DNA of 64,000 bases from Gemmatimonadaceae bacterium (GTDB lineage Bacteria; Gemmatimonadota; Gemmatimonadetes; Gemmatimonadales; Gemmatimonadaceae). The notes below the pieces were generated by a model. The model was given only the letters and a program-made list of their open reading frames with translations, ran no database searches and had not been told where the DNA came from. Of the stretch, positions 1-10,117 are shown one piece after another; positions within the stretch are counted from its first letter, which is position 1; each line of letters begins with the position of its first letter. The position numbers and the translations under genes are program-made. The stretch covers positions 111,534 through 175,533 of the forward strand of contig JBGAJQ010000003.1 in assembly GCA_044224875.1 (NCBI GenBank), given 5' to 3'.

Positions 1-2
1 AC

Positions 3-380
3 ACCGACACCGCAACCTTCGTTGTCGGGCGGGAGGCAACGCTGGTGTTCACGCTTCGGGATTCCGTCGGCCACGTCGCGGATGTGGAGCCGTACCTGGG
101 CATGGCCGGGCACGCCGTGATCGTACGAGCTGGCGGGGACGTCTTCGTGCACGTGCATCCGTCCGGGACGGCTTCCATGGGTGCCCAGCAAGCCTTGGCG
201 ATGGCGATGTCAGCGCCGGCTGGCGCGATGGACATGGCACATGGGCCGCTACCGGCATCCCTCGTGTTTCCATTCGTCTTTCCAAAGCCGGGCGCCTACA
301 CCATCTGGGTACAGTTTCGGTACGTCGGCGAAATTCGCACGATCCCTTTCACGGTGACCGTGCGGGAGCGCACGACGTGA
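3..380 (+). CDS. C-terminal part of conserved hypothetical, possibly metal-binding, protein (5' truncated by window edge)
   Basis: Frame open from nt 3; motifs EPYLGMAGHAV, FVHVHP, FPKPGAYTIWVQF and a His/Met-rich linker; stop overlaps next start (GTGA). Confidence 0.6.
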   Translation, partial: TDTATFVVGREATLVFTLRDSVGHVADVEPYLGMAGHAVIVRAGGDVFVHVHPSGTASMGAQQALAMAMSAPAGAMDMAHGPLPASLVFPFVFPKPGAYTIWVQFRYVGEIRTIPFTVTVRERTT

Positions 381-1546
381 CACGCGAGGCGCAACTTCGC
401 TACGTACCGGCGTTCGATGGAAGCCGCGGTGTCGCGTCGCTGTTCGTGCTGGTCGCGCACTTTGGCTTCTTTCAGTCCGGATGGGTGGCCGTGCAATACT
501 TCTTCGTGCTATCCGGGTTCCTGATCACGTCCATCCTGATCAATGAGCAGGAACGCACGACGTCGTTAGGTCGTTTCCTGAAGGTGTTCTACCAGCGGCG
601 CGCGCTCCGCGTCTTCCCCGTGTACTTCGGGTACCTCGCCGTGTGCGCCACGACCCTTCTGCTGGTCGGTAAGCCCGCGGTGCTGCGGCGGGTGTGGGTA
701 TACCTCGTCACGTACACCTACAACATCTATCTCACGATCCCCGGTCATCCGCTCGAGCGCTACTTCTCCCACCTGTGGTCCTTGTCGGCGGAGGAGCAGT
801 TCTATCTCATCTGGCCGTTCGTGATCTACTTCCTGCGTGGACGGGCGCGGCAGCTCTTGATCGTGGGGGTCCTGGTGGCTGTGCCTGTCTTGCGAGTGGC
901 AGCGCATGTGTACGCTCGCAGCCACGGCGTGGCGCCTGGTACTCTCGGCACCGCGATGTACATGGGGACGGCGTTTCAGTTCGATGCCTTTGCTGCTGGC
1001 GCCGCCATTGCGGTGTTTCGATGGCAACGGTTTCCCTGGGCCCTGCGGGCCTTTCTCGTTGGAGCTATCGCTGCCCTGATATACGGCGTCGTGGTCATGT
1101 GGCGATATCCCGAACCACTCGTGCAGCGCATCGATGCGCTATCGTTGGTGCGCCAAGGTATCAGCCTTGGGTTCCCGCTCATGATGTTGCCGCGCGCCCA
1201 GTATCTGTGGGGCTACTCCCTCGTGAACGTGCTGTCGATACTCCTGGTGATCGCCATGACACAGACCAACGGTATCACGCGCTTCCTGAGTCAGCGTCCG
1301 TTGGTCTGGTTAGGCCGCCTTTCCTACACCACCTACGTCATTCACCTGCCGATTCAGGCGATCCTGCAGGATCACTACCGGGCCCCATTGCACACGCTGC
1401 CGGGGTTCCTGTTGATGTTTCCGTACATGGCGACGGTCATCCTCATCGCGCACCTCTCGTACAAGTACTACGAAACGTGGTTCCTCAGGTGGAAGGACCG
1501 TCTGGAGCCCTCCACCCGAGGCGCGACCACGCAGGCCGCGGCTTGA
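377..1546 (+). CDS. Acyltransferase family 3 (OafA/YrhL-like) membrane O-acyltransferase
   Basis: FDGSRGVA, VQYFFVLSGFLIT, FYQRRALRVFP, HLWSLSAEEQFYLIWP, LGRLSYTTYVIH motifs; many TM segments. Confidence 0.92.
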   Translation: MTREAQLRYVPAFDGSRGVASLFVLVAHFGFFQSGWVAVQYFFVLSGFLITSILINEQERTTSLGRFLKVFYQRRALRVFPVYFGYLAVCATTLLLVGKPAVLRRVWVYLVTYTYNIYLTIPGHPLERYFSHLWSLSAEEQFYLIWPFVIYFLRGRARQLLIVGVLVAVPVLRVAAHVYARSHGVAPGTLGTAMYMGTAFQFDAFAAGAAIAVFRWQRFPWALRAFLVGAIAALIYGVVVMWRYPEPLVQRIDALSLVRQGISLGFPLMMLPRAQYLWGYSLVNVLSILLVIAMTQTNGITRFLSQRPLVWLGRLSYTTYVIHLPIQAILQDHYRAPLHTLPGFLLMFPYMATVILIAHLSYKYYETWFLRWKDRLEPSTRGATTQAAA

Positions 1547-1559
1547 GCAGGAACCACGA

Positions 1560-4500
1560 CTATGGCACGAAGACCTCGATGGGCTTCAGTTGGCGAGCCG
1601 TCAGCAGCGTGTTGATCGGGCCGAGGTCGGTGGAAAGCCAGCCGTTGAACTGCTTGCTCACGTCACCCAGTTCGCGTCCGATGGCGGTGCCGCGACTCAC
1701 CTGCGTCTGCGAGGGCCGGCCCTCGTAGTTCGTGACCGAGCCGTACAGCTGCACCAGGTTTTCGCGCAGTCGTTCCTCTCCCGTGATCATCCCGCCTTCC
1801 TTTGTGGCGACGATCTTCTTTCGCATGTCATCCACGGCGCTCGACGCCGATCGGAGCCTGGCGATCAGGGTGTCGGTTTCGGCCACGCCCGTCCCGCGGG
1901 CCTCCAACTGGCCACGAACGGAGTTCATGCGCTCCACGAGGGCCGTCATTTCGTTCAGCATGGCGTAGAGCTTCAGCGACAGCTCAAACTGCGCCTTCCG
2001 GTCGGCCGCGGTATGTGTCACTCGGGCATCGCGCACCACTCGCAACGTCGTGGTGTACTCGTTGTCGCCGTCGATCAGCTTCACGGTGTACGGTCCCGGG
2101 AGGAACCGAGGCCCGATACCGAAACCCGCGGTCGCAGCTGGCGGAATGCGCGGCGGCGGCATCGTCATCGACCAGGATACGCGGCTCAGGCCCCGTCGCT
2201 TGCTGGTCGGTAGCGTGGCGACCAGCTTTCCGGTGGAATCGCGCACTTCCAGCTTCATGTCGCCAAAGATGTGACGCTTCTGCAGGAAGTAGGTGATGAT
2301 CGCATCAGTGGGAGGATTCTCGCCCACGAACTCGGCGTCCCCGTTCACCCACCCACCTCCCGCCGAGAGCGTCTGTACCACCGGCTTGCTCTGGAAGAAG
2401 GCCGCGCCCTTCGCCAGCGTGGACGGCGTCAAGGCGCGTAGCGGCGTGATATCATCGACAATCCAGATTCCGCGCCCGTGCGTCGCGATAACGAGATCGT
2501 CGTCGCGAGGATGAATTGCAAGGTCCCGCACGGCCACGTTCGGAAGGTCACCACCCTTGTATCGCGACCACTGCGCCCCACCGTCTACCGATACCCACAG
2601 GCCAAACTCGGTCCCCAGGAATAGCAGCTGCGGGTTCTTGAGGTCCTCCTTGATGACGTGCGCGTAGCCGCGTACCGGCGAGCCAGCGCCGATGAGTGAC
2701 GTCCAGGTCTTGCCGAAGTCCTTGGACCGGTACGCGTACGGTCGCATGTCACCGAAGGTATGCAGGTCGAACGTGGCGTAGATGGTGCCCGCCGTGAAGT
2801 GCCCGGGTTCAACGGACGTCACCCACGCGTTCTTCGGCAGCCCGCTGATGTTGCCGGTTACGTTGGTCCACGCCTTTCCGCCGTCACGGGTGACCTGGAG
2901 GTTTCCATCATCCGTCCCGGCCCAGATCTCGAGCGGATTCCTCGGCGACTCGGCGATCGCGAAGATCGTCGTGTGTGTTTCGGCGGACGAGTTATCGACC
3001 GTGACACCACCAGACTGCTCCTGCTTCTGCTTTTCCGGGTCATTCGTGGTGAGATCTGGCGAGATGCGATCCCACGTCTGGCCAAAGTCTCGCGAGCGGA
3101 AGAGGAATTGCGCACCGATGTAGATCGTGCCGTTTCGCGTCGGGCTGATGTGAATGGGTGTGTTCCAGTTCCATCGCAGCTTTCCCTCGCCGTAGTTAGG
3201 CAGCGGCTGGATGTCGCGCACCTCGTGGGTCTTGCGATTCACCCGCCCGATGGCACCGCCCTGGGCTTCAGCATACACGTAGTTCTGGTCGGTGGGATCG
3301 GCGAACATCCAGAAGCCGTCACCGCCGTACATGTTCTCCCAACGACTGTTGGTGATGCCACCCGGGTAGGCCGAAGGGCCGATCCACGACGAGTTGTCCT
3401 GCAACCCGCCGTACACATTGTATGGGCGGTCCATGTCGACGGACACGTGGTAGAACTGTGAGATCGGGAGGTTGTTTCCCTTCCACCACTTGTCACCCCC
3501 GTCGGTCGAGAACCACAGGCCCCCGTCATCGCCGGCGATCAGTCGATCTGTGTTATTTGGGTCCACCCACAAGTCGTGGTGATCGCCATGGGTGCCGCCG
3601 CTCACGATGTTGAAGCTGGAGCCGCCGTCCGTGCTCATGATGAGCGGACCGTCGGGCTTGAAGACGCGGTTCTCGTTCTTCGGGTCGACGATGAGGTTGG
3701 CGAAGTAGAACGGGCGCCAGATCATGTTCTGGCTGCGATCCTTCATCTCCCACGTTCGCCCGCCATCATCGGAGCGGTAGAGCGCGTTGCGCGGGGGCAC
3801 GGCTTCAATGAACGCGTACACGACGTTCGGCTTGGACGGTGCCACTGTCACCGCGACACGACCCCATGGTTTTGGCGGGAGCCCCTTGGCCGTCTGGTCG
3901 TCCAGGGGCGCCCACGTATGGCCGCCATCCGAGCTCTTGAAGAGTCCACTCCCGCTCGCGGCCTCCGGTCCATCGCCGCCCGAGCGGAACGTCCATCCTT
4001 TCCGCCGGAAATCCCACATTCCTGCGTACAAGGTCTTGGGGTCCTGCGAGTCCATCGTGAGCATGGAGCATCCGGTCGACGCGTTGGAGCCGGCGAGCAC
4101 CTTGTTCCAGGTCGTCCCCCCATCCGTGGTCTTGTAGACGCCGCGGTCGTTGGAGTCGCTCCACAGCTTGCCGGGCACGCAGACGTATACGGTCTTTGCA
4201 TCTGACGGATCGACGAGGATCTTCACGATGTGCTCGGATTCCGGCAGTCCGAGGTACGTCCAGTTGTCCCCGCCATCGGTCGACTTGTAGATGCCGTTCC
4301 CGATGGAGATGCTGTTGCGCATCCATGACTCGCCGGTGCCGACCCAAATCGTCTTTGGGTCGGTCGGGTCGATCGTCACGGCGCCAATGGATTGCACCGG
4401 TTGCTTGTCGAATACCGGCTTGAACGTGGTACCGCCATTGGTGGACTTCCACACGCCACCGGAGGCGGCGCCCACGAACACCGTGAGGCGCTCGCCTTCG

Positions 4501-5438
4501 TGCACAGCCGCAACGGCTGCCACGCGTCCACTCATGGCCGCTGAGCCAATGTTTCGGGCGCCGAGTCCGGCGAAGGTGGTGGAATCGACGCGAACCGCGC
4601 TGGATGACGGGGGCGTCGAAGACGGGGTTCGGCGCGCGACGGGCCGCGCGGCCTCGGGTGCGGCGGGGCGAGGTGCGTCGACGGGTGCATCTGCCGGCGG
4701 TGCACCAACCGGCTTTGCGAAGCGGCGGTCATCGAGCGGCACGTTGATCTCGATGCGCTCCCAACCGATTTGCTGCTTGTTGGCGCTCGAGCTTCCCTTG
4801 GCGCCCGTGGCGACGGAGAAGGGGAGGTACCAGCCATTGACCTCCTTGTAGTCGCCTAACTCCACCTCGAATTCACGCTCCGCGCCCCGAATCGTGCGCT
4901 TGACCTCGATCTTGATCGGGACGTACGAGTCGGCGTCCAGGTAGTACGTGCGGACGTCGCCGTTTTCGCCGAGGGTGACCTTCAACTTGAACACGTCGGT
5001 GCCCTCGATCTGGTCGTTGCCGACCAGCTCCACGGTGTTGCCTTTCTTCTTGTAGTCAAAGAGCGGGTCGTCGAACCAGGATTCTTCGATGACGCCCTTC
5101 AGTTCCTCCTCACCTAACGACTCGGCGTCCTTCTTGCCTTGCCATGGCTCGATCTTCCAGCCGTTCTTCCCGTCATAGGCGGTGACGCCCGTCATCCCGC
5201 CGAAAACAAACTCCTCACGCACCAGGTTGGGCCGCTTGTTCTCATAGCGGAGTTCCGCCTCGAATCCGCCCCCCCCGTAAAACTTGCCGATGCGTCGGAT
5301 CGATTGGGCGCCAAGTACGCGGTCGGCGCCGCCGACGCGTTCCATGTACTTGCCGATGATCGCGTCAACGGACTGTTGGCCGTGCAGCGACGCCGCGGGG
5401 AACCACGCGGCGATGGCGACGATGAGGCGTCTACGCAT
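1560..5438 (-). CDS. Secreted protein: N-terminal LolA-like/lipoprotein-sorting-type domain + Pro/Ala linker + VPS10/sortilin-like BNR-repeat (glycosyl hydrolase-like) domain
   Basis: Signal peptide MRRRLIVAIAAWFPAASLHG preceded by AAGGAA; repeated SxDGGxTW Asp-boxes; RNIGSAAMSGRV and YGGLQDN motifs of VPS10-like proteins. Confidence 0.85.
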   Translation of the reverse strand: MRRRLIVAIAAWFPAASLHGQQSVDAIIGKYMERVGGADRVLGAQSIRRIGKFYGGGGFEAELRYENKRPNLVREEFVFGGMTGVTAYDGKNGWKIEPWQGKKDAESLGEEELKGVIEESWFDDPLFDYKKKGNTVELVGNDQIEGTDVFKLKVTLGENGDVRTYYLDADSYVPIKIEVKRTIRGAEREFEVELGDYKEVNGWYLPFSVATGAKGSSSANKQQIGWERIEINVPLDDRRFAKPVGAPPADAPVDAPRPAAPEAARPVARRTPSSTPPSSSAVRVDSTTFAGLGARNIGSAAMSGRVAAVAAVHEGERLTVFVGAASGGVWKSTNGGTTFKPVFDKQPVQSIGAVTIDPTDPKTIWVGTGESWMRNSISIGNGIYKSTDGGDNWTYLGLPESEHIVKILVDPSDAKTVYVCVPGKLWSDSNDRGVYKTTDGGTTWNKVLAGSNASTGCSMLTMDSQDPKTLYAGMWDFRRKGWTFRSGGDGPEAASGSGLFKSSDGGHTWAPLDDQTAKGLPPKPWGRVAVTVAPSKPNVVYAFIEAVPPRNALYRSDDGGRTWEMKDRSQNMIWRPFYFANLIVDPKNENRVFKPDGPLIMSTDGGSSFNIVSGGTHGDHHDLWVDPNNTDRLIAGDDGGLWFSTDGGDKWWKGNNLPISQFYHVSVDMDRPYNVYGGLQDNSSWIGPSAYPGGITNSRWENMYGGDGFWMFADPTDQNYVYAEAQGGAIGRVNRKTHEVRDIQPLPNYGEGKLRWNWNTPIHISPTRNGTIYIGAQFLFRSRDFGQTWDRISPDLTTNDPEKQKQEQSGGVTVDNSSAETHTTIFAIAESPRNPLEIWAGTDDGNLQVTRDGGKAWTNVTGNISGLPKNAWVTSVEPGHFTAGTIYATFDLHTFGDMRPYAYRSKDFGKTWTSLIGAGSPVRGYAHVIKEDLKNPQLLFLGTEFGLWVSVDGGAQWSRYKGGDLPNVAVRDLAIHPRDDDLVIATHGRGIWIVDDITPLRALTPSTLAKGAAFFQSKPVVQTLSAGGGWVNGDAEFVGENPPTDAIITYFLQKRHIFGDMKLEVRDSTGKLVATLPTSKRRGLSRVSWSMTMPPPRIPPAATAGFGIGPRFLPGPYTVKLIDGDNEYTTTLRVVRDARVTHTAADRKAQFELSLKLYAMLNEMTALVERMNSVRGQLEARGTGVAETDTLIARLRSASSAVDDMRKKIVATKEGGMITGEERLRENLVQLYGSVTNYEGRPSQTQVSRGTAIGRELGDVSKQFNGWLSTDLGPINTLLTARQLKPIEVFVP

Positions 5439-5595
5439 GTTGTGTTCCTTGCTTGGTGAGCCTGCCTGCAACGCTCAAAAGCTAGGCAGAGTGCCGCCTA
5501 CCACCAACGACTCGGGGACGAAGCGTCGACTCCCGTCCGGGATTGCCGCCTCATCCACACGCGTATCGCCCCGGGCGTTGGAGCGCGACCGGCGG

Positions 5596-5841
5596 TTAGC
5601 GATCCTGGGGGAGGGGAGCGCCCCGGGTCCGCCGCGACGTCCAGGCGGCCGCGCCCAGCACCAACAGGTTGGCCGCAATCACTGGGGGGGCACCGATTGC
5701 GACTCCATACACGATCCAGACCGCCGCGCCAAGCATCTGGACGTTGCGCAACAGCGAGGCACGCTTGAAGAAGTACGATCCGGTAAAGATGGCGGTCGCC
5801 AGCCAGCCTAACGTGGATGCGAGCATGTGATTGGGCATCAT
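5596..5841 (-). CDS. Small inner-membrane protein, YgjV/PQ-loop-like
   Basis: 81 aa, three hydrophobic segments, GWLATAIFTGSY...LRNVQMLGAAVWIVYG...PVIAANL; ATGA overlap with upstream HAD gene. Confidence 0.65.
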   Translation of the reverse strand: MMPNHMLASTLGWLATAIFTGSYFFKRASLLRNVQMLGAAVWIVYGVAIGAPPVIAANLLVLGAAAWTSRRTRGAPLPQDR

Positions 5842-6662
5842 GCCGCCGCGGACGCCGGCGCGACCGTGACGCGGTCGGTGATCCCTTTCTCCCAGTCGCC
5901 CAACCGGAAGCCACGCGACTCGAACAACGCGCGAATGTCGCGTGACGACATGTTGCCAATCTGATCCAACACCGGAATGACAATGGAGAACGCGCTGTCG
6001 CTCAACACCGTGCGCCGGGCAATGCGGGCGAGCTGCCGGTTTTGGGACACGGCGATTGTCAGTCCGTCGCGGTTGTTCACGTGCAGCATCACGTGGACGT
6101 CGGAGCTGCCGTCGCCAACGTACACGACGCGATCCGGGGCGATCCCGAGGGAGCGCTCGAGTTCCTCGATCGCCGCCACCTTGCCGTAGCCAGCACGCAC
6201 TCGCTTCACGGATGCGACTTCGCCGGTATTTGGATCGAAGTCGAGTTCCGTGCCCACGACGTGGGCAGGTGAGACACTCCCCGCCAAGGCTGACACCACG
6301 ACGTCACGCGGCGCCGCGGAAATGACACGGAAGGCAAACCGAACGTCCTGAACGCCGGCGCGCAGGAACTCTACGAGTGCCGGAATCCCAGACTTGAGTC
6401 GGACGTGCTTCCCCGCCTCGATGAGGTGCTCGCGTCGCACATGTCGGAACTGCGGGTCGTGCCGGATGAGGTAGGCAAGTTCGCCACCCTGTTGCACGAG
6501 GTTGCTCTGCGCAAGGCCGTCCACCTTCTCCTGGTAGCCGGAGACGCCCAGCAGCTCGGCCAGGACATGGCCGGAGTCGTTGAAGCTGAGGGTCTGGTCG
6601 AAGTCGGATGCAAGCAGGAACGTACGGATAGTACCTGGTGTTGCGGCTGCTATGTCCTTCAC
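5838..6662 (-). CDS. HAD-superfamily phosphatase (phosphoserine phosphatase-like)
   Basis: Motif I DFDQT, motif II ISA, motif III GK, motif IV YVGDGSSD; GGAGG RBS before GTG. Confidence 0.88.
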   Translation of the reverse strand: MKDIAAATPGTIRTFLLASDFDQTLSFNDSGHVLAELLGVSGYQEKVDGLAQSNLVQQGGELAYLIRHDPQFRHVRREHLIEAGKHVRLKSGIPALVEFLRAGVQDVRFAFRVISAAPRDVVVSALAGSVSPAHVVGTELDFDPNTGEVASVKRVRAGYGKVAAIEELERSLGIAPDRVVYVGDGSSDVHVMLHVNNRDGLTIAVSQNRQLARIARRTVLSDSAFSIVIPVLDQIGNMSSRDIRALFESRGFRLGDWEKGITDRVTVAPASAAA

Positions 6663-7065
6663 ACGTCCTCCATGACGAAGTCAGGTCGTCATCGCACCGT
6701 AGCAGGCGGCGAGACGCGATTCAACCCTTGCACGGCGCGATATGGTCACAGATCACACGAAACCGTGCATCGCAGTCGATTGTGCAATGTTGCGAGACGA
6801 TTATTTCGCGTTAGGCACTGCGTGCGCCCGTCATCGTGTAACACCACGAACGACTGTTCTCGCGCTGAACCACGTGCGTCAAACGCCCTGGCCCCGCGCT
6901 CGGTCGCGATTGCGTCTGGCGCCGCCAGCCTCGCCCCGCAGGAGGCGAAACGCCGCCCCGGACGTCCCCTCCTCGCGTCGATCGCGAAGCTCCCCAGCCC
7001 TCAACGATTCGTGTCACCACCCGTACTTTAGGAGCGCGCAGGAAATCACCGTCACCCTCCCTCCC

Positions 7066-8688
7066 GTGACTCACTCCCGACGCCAATTCCTCAAGACCTC
7101 GGCTGCCGCCGCTACCACCGCGGCCATCGGTGCCAAGGTGCTCTCCGCCGGCGATGCCCTTGCCGCCACCGCCAGGCCCACACCGGGCGACCCCGCGATC
7201 CGCGAGTTGATGCAAGTCGCCCTCGACGTCGCCAAGTCCGGCGGTGCGTCGTACGCCGACGTGCGGGTCGCCGCCCGACGGCAGCAGAACGTGGGCACCC
7301 GGGACAAGATCGTGACCGGTGTCGGCGACACGGACACCTACGGATTGGGCGTTCGCACGCTCGTCGATGGTTCCTGGGGGTTCGCAGCGACATCGAACCT
7401 GACCAAGGATGCGATCGCCGGTGTCACGCGGGCCGCGCTCGATCAATCCAAGGCGAACCGGGCGTCCCAGCTCAAACCCGTCGTCCTCGCACCAACGCCC
7501 GGTAATCAGGTCGGCGAATGGAAAAGCCCTATTCAGGTCGATCCATTCACCGTATCGATCCCCGACAAGGTGGCGCTGCTGCTGGCGGCCAACGAGGCCG
7601 CTGCGAAGGTGAAGGGGGTACGCAACGTCGTATCGGCGATGTTCTTCCTGCGGGAGGAAAAGACGCTGATGACGTCGGATGGCTCGTACATCGTGCAGAC
7701 GATCTACCGCACCTCGCCGTCGATGTCGATCACCGCAGTGTCTGCGGACTTCTCGGATTTCCAGACGCGTCAGTCCAATGACATTGCCCCCATGGGCATC
7801 GGGTATGAGCACGTCCTGAATGCGAAGCTCGGTGAGAACGCGGTGCGCTGGGCGAACGATGCCGTCGAGAAACTGTCCGCCAAGCCGGTGGAGCCGGGGC
7901 GCTATGACCTCCTGTTGCACCCGTCCAACCTCTGGCTGACGGTGCATGAAACCGTCGCGCACCCCACCGAGCTCGATCGCGCGTTAGGCTTCGAGGCCAA
8001 CTACGCTGGCACCAGTTTCGTCTCGCCCCCGGAACAGGTGCTCGGCAAGCTGCAGTTCGGCTCGTCGATCATGAATGTGGTGGGGGACCGCGAGCAGGCA
8101 GGCTCACTCGGCGCCATCGGGTGGGATGACGAAGCGGTCAAGCCGACCAGGTTCGACATCGTCAAGGACGGCGTGTTCGTGGACTACCAGACCACGCGCG
8201 AGCAGGCCTCCATGCTGGATTGGTACTACAAGAAGATCGGGAAGCCCGTGCGCAGCTACGGCTGCTCGTATGCACAGAGCTGGGCCGACGTGCAGTTCCA
8301 GCGGATGCCCAACGTGTCGATCCTCCCCGGCAAGAACGACTACACGTGGGAGGACATGATCGGCCAGATGGACAAGGGGATTGCCATCGTCGGCGACGGA
8401 TCGTTCTCGATCGACCAGCAGCGCTACAACGGCCAGTTTGCCGGGCAGGTGTTCTACGAAGTGAAGGGCGGCAAGATCGTCGGCATGCTCAAGGACGTCG
8501 CCTATCAATTCAAGACGCCGATCTTCTGGGGCTCCATGAAGGTGATCGGTGGCCCGCGCAGCTACCACCTTGGCGGAGCCTTTGGCGATGCCAAGGGCCA
8601 GCCCGGCCAAAGCAATTCCATCAGCCACGGGTGCACACCGTCGCTCTTCACGCAGGTCAACATCATCAACACCGGGCGGAGGTCATGA
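7066..8688 (+). CDS. tldD: TldD/PmbA family metalloprotease, catalytic TldD-type subunit with Tat signal peptide
   Basis: N-terminal SRRQFLK twin-arginine motif plus hydrophobic stretch; YADVR, GLGVRTL.DG.WGFA, HETVAHPTELDR (HExxxH), QRMPNVS, C-terminal HGC; start re-picked at GTG 7066. Confidence 0.9.
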   Translation: MTHSRRQFLKTSAAAATTAAIGAKVLSAGDALAATARPTPGDPAIRELMQVALDVAKSGGASYADVRVAARRQQNVGTRDKIVTGVGDTDTYGLGVRTLVDGSWGFAATSNLTKDAIAGVTRAALDQSKANRASQLKPVVLAPTPGNQVGEWKSPIQVDPFTVSIPDKVALLLAANEAAAKVKGVRNVVSAMFFLREEKTLMTSDGSYIVQTIYRTSPSMSITAVSADFSDFQTRQSNDIAPMGIGYEHVLNAKLGENAVRWANDAVEKLSAKPVEPGRYDLLLHPSNLWLTVHETVAHPTELDRALGFEANYAGTSFVSPPEQVLGKLQFGSSIMNVVGDREQAGSLGAIGWDDEAVKPTRFDIVKDGVFVDYQTTREQASMLDWYYKKIGKPVRSYGCSYAQSWADVQFQRMPNVSILPGKNDYTWEDMIGQMDKGIAIVGDGSFSIDQQRYNGQFAGQVFYEVKGGKIVGMLKDVAYQFKTPIFWGSMKVIGGPRSYHLGGAFGDAKGQPGQSNSISHGCTPSLFTQVNIINTGRRS

Positions 8689-10103
8689 GCATGTCCCCCA
8701 GATCGCTCTTTGCCCCCGTGGAACTGCTCTCTCGCGCCGAGGCCGAGGAGATTGCCAAGCGCGCCCTCAAGAACTCACCGGCCGAGGAGACTCGCGTCAG
8801 CATCAACAACGCGTCGCGCGCGGACACTCGCTTTGCGTTGAACCAAGTCACCACCAGCGGCGAGAATCACGACACGACCGTCACGATCACCTGCTACGTC
8901 GGTGGTCGCGCGGCCAGCATTACGACCAATCGGCTGGACGAATCCTCGCTGGCCGAGGCAGCGAAGCAGGCGACGGAAATCGCCAAACTGGTTCCGCCGA
9001 ACCCGGAGCGGATGCCGGAGTTGGGCCCGCAGCAGTATCCTGCGCCCAAACAGCGGGTGATATCCATGCCCACGCCAGCAGAGCGCGCCGCGGCGGCGAA
9101 GAAGGTCACCGAGCAAGCGCGAGCAGCCGGACTCGTGGCGACAGGCTTCATTGAATGCCGGGCAGGGGCAACCGCGCTGGCCAACTCCAAGGGCTTGTTC
9201 GCCTACGATTCCACTGCCGTGGTGACGATGACCGCCACTGTCCGGACTTCCGATGGTACGGGGAGCGGTTGGGCCTGCAGCGACGGCGATGCCTTCGCCG
9301 ACTTGGACGCGCAGCGTGTGGGAGCCGTGGCGTGCGAGAAGGCGAAGAACTCCAGAAATCCCGTGGCGATTGAACCGGGCAACTACGCAACGATTCTCGA
9401 GCCCACAGCCGCGGGGAACCTGATCCAGCTCATCACGCAGGCCATGCAGGCCCGGTCAGCGGACGAAGGGCGCTCCTTCTTCTCCAAGCCGGGCGGCGGA
9501 AACAAGATTGGCATGAAGGTAGTGGACGAGCGCGTGACACTCCTGAGCGATCCGGACGACAGCACAAGTACCAACGGGGGCTACGACGCGGATGGGATGC
9601 CGTTGGAAAAGGTGGTCTGGATCGAGAACGGCATCGTCAAGACCTTGAACTACGACCGCTACTGGGCGCAGAAGAAGGGCGTCGAGCCCACCCGGAGTGG
9701 AGCTGGCGGCGGAGGCTTTGGTGGCGGCGGCGGTGGATTCGGGGGAAATCGCAACCTGCGCATGCTCGGTGGCGACACGAGTGTCGCCGACATGATCAAG
9801 AACACCGAACGCGGACTGCTGGTGACGCGCTTCTGGTACATCCGAAGCGTGGATCCCCGCACACTGGTCAACACCGGTCTCACGCGCGACGGAACGTTCC
9901 TGATCGAGAATGGCAAGGTGACGCGTTCGGTGAAGAACTTCAGGTTCAACGAGTCACCGATCTTCTTCTTGAATAACCTCGAGGCGCTTGGCCCGGTGGT
10001 GCGTGTGAATGCGTCGGAAAACCTTGGGGCCGGGGGTGCGATCTACATGCCAACGGTCAAGGTCAAGGAATTCACGTTTAGTTCGTTGTCCGACGCCGTC
10101 TAG
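8685..10103 (+). CDS. TldD/PmbA family, non-catalytic TldE/PmbA-type subunit
   Basis: ATGA overlap with tldD; TRFALNQVT, EPGNYATILEP, YDADG, GLLVTRFWYIR, TGLTRDGTFLIENG, KNFRFNESP; no HExxxH; Gly-rich insert near 9697-9747. Confidence 0.88.
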   Translation: MSMSPRSLFAPVELLSRAEAEEIAKRALKNSPAEETRVSINNASRADTRFALNQVTTSGENHDTTVTITCYVGGRAASITTNRLDESSLAEAAKQATEIAKLVPPNPERMPELGPQQYPAPKQRVISMPTPAERAAAAKKVTEQARAAGLVATGFIECRAGATALANSKGLFAYDSTAVVTMTATVRTSDGTGSGWACSDGDAFADLDAQRVGAVACEKAKNSRNPVAIEPGNYATILEPTAAGNLIQLITQAMQARSADEGRSFFSKPGGGNKIGMKVVDERVTLLSDPDDSTSTNGGYDADGMPLEKVVWIENGIVKTLNYDRYWAQKKGVEPTRSGAGGGGFGGGGGGFGGNRNLRMLGGDTSVADMIKNTERGLLVTRFWYIRSVDPRTLVNTGLTRDGTFLIENGKVTRSVKNFRFNESPIFFLNNLEALGPVVRVNASENLGAGGAIYMPTVKVKEFTFSSLSDAV

Positions 10104-10117
10104 CCCAGCGCCGCGTT

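Noticed and set aside
6663..7065. 400-bp divergent spacer with small hairpins (ATGACGA-N7-TCGTCAT at 6672-6692) as a possible riboswitch or RiPP precursor for TldD/E
   Set aside because: No recognisable riboswitch consensus and no convincing small ORF with an RBS
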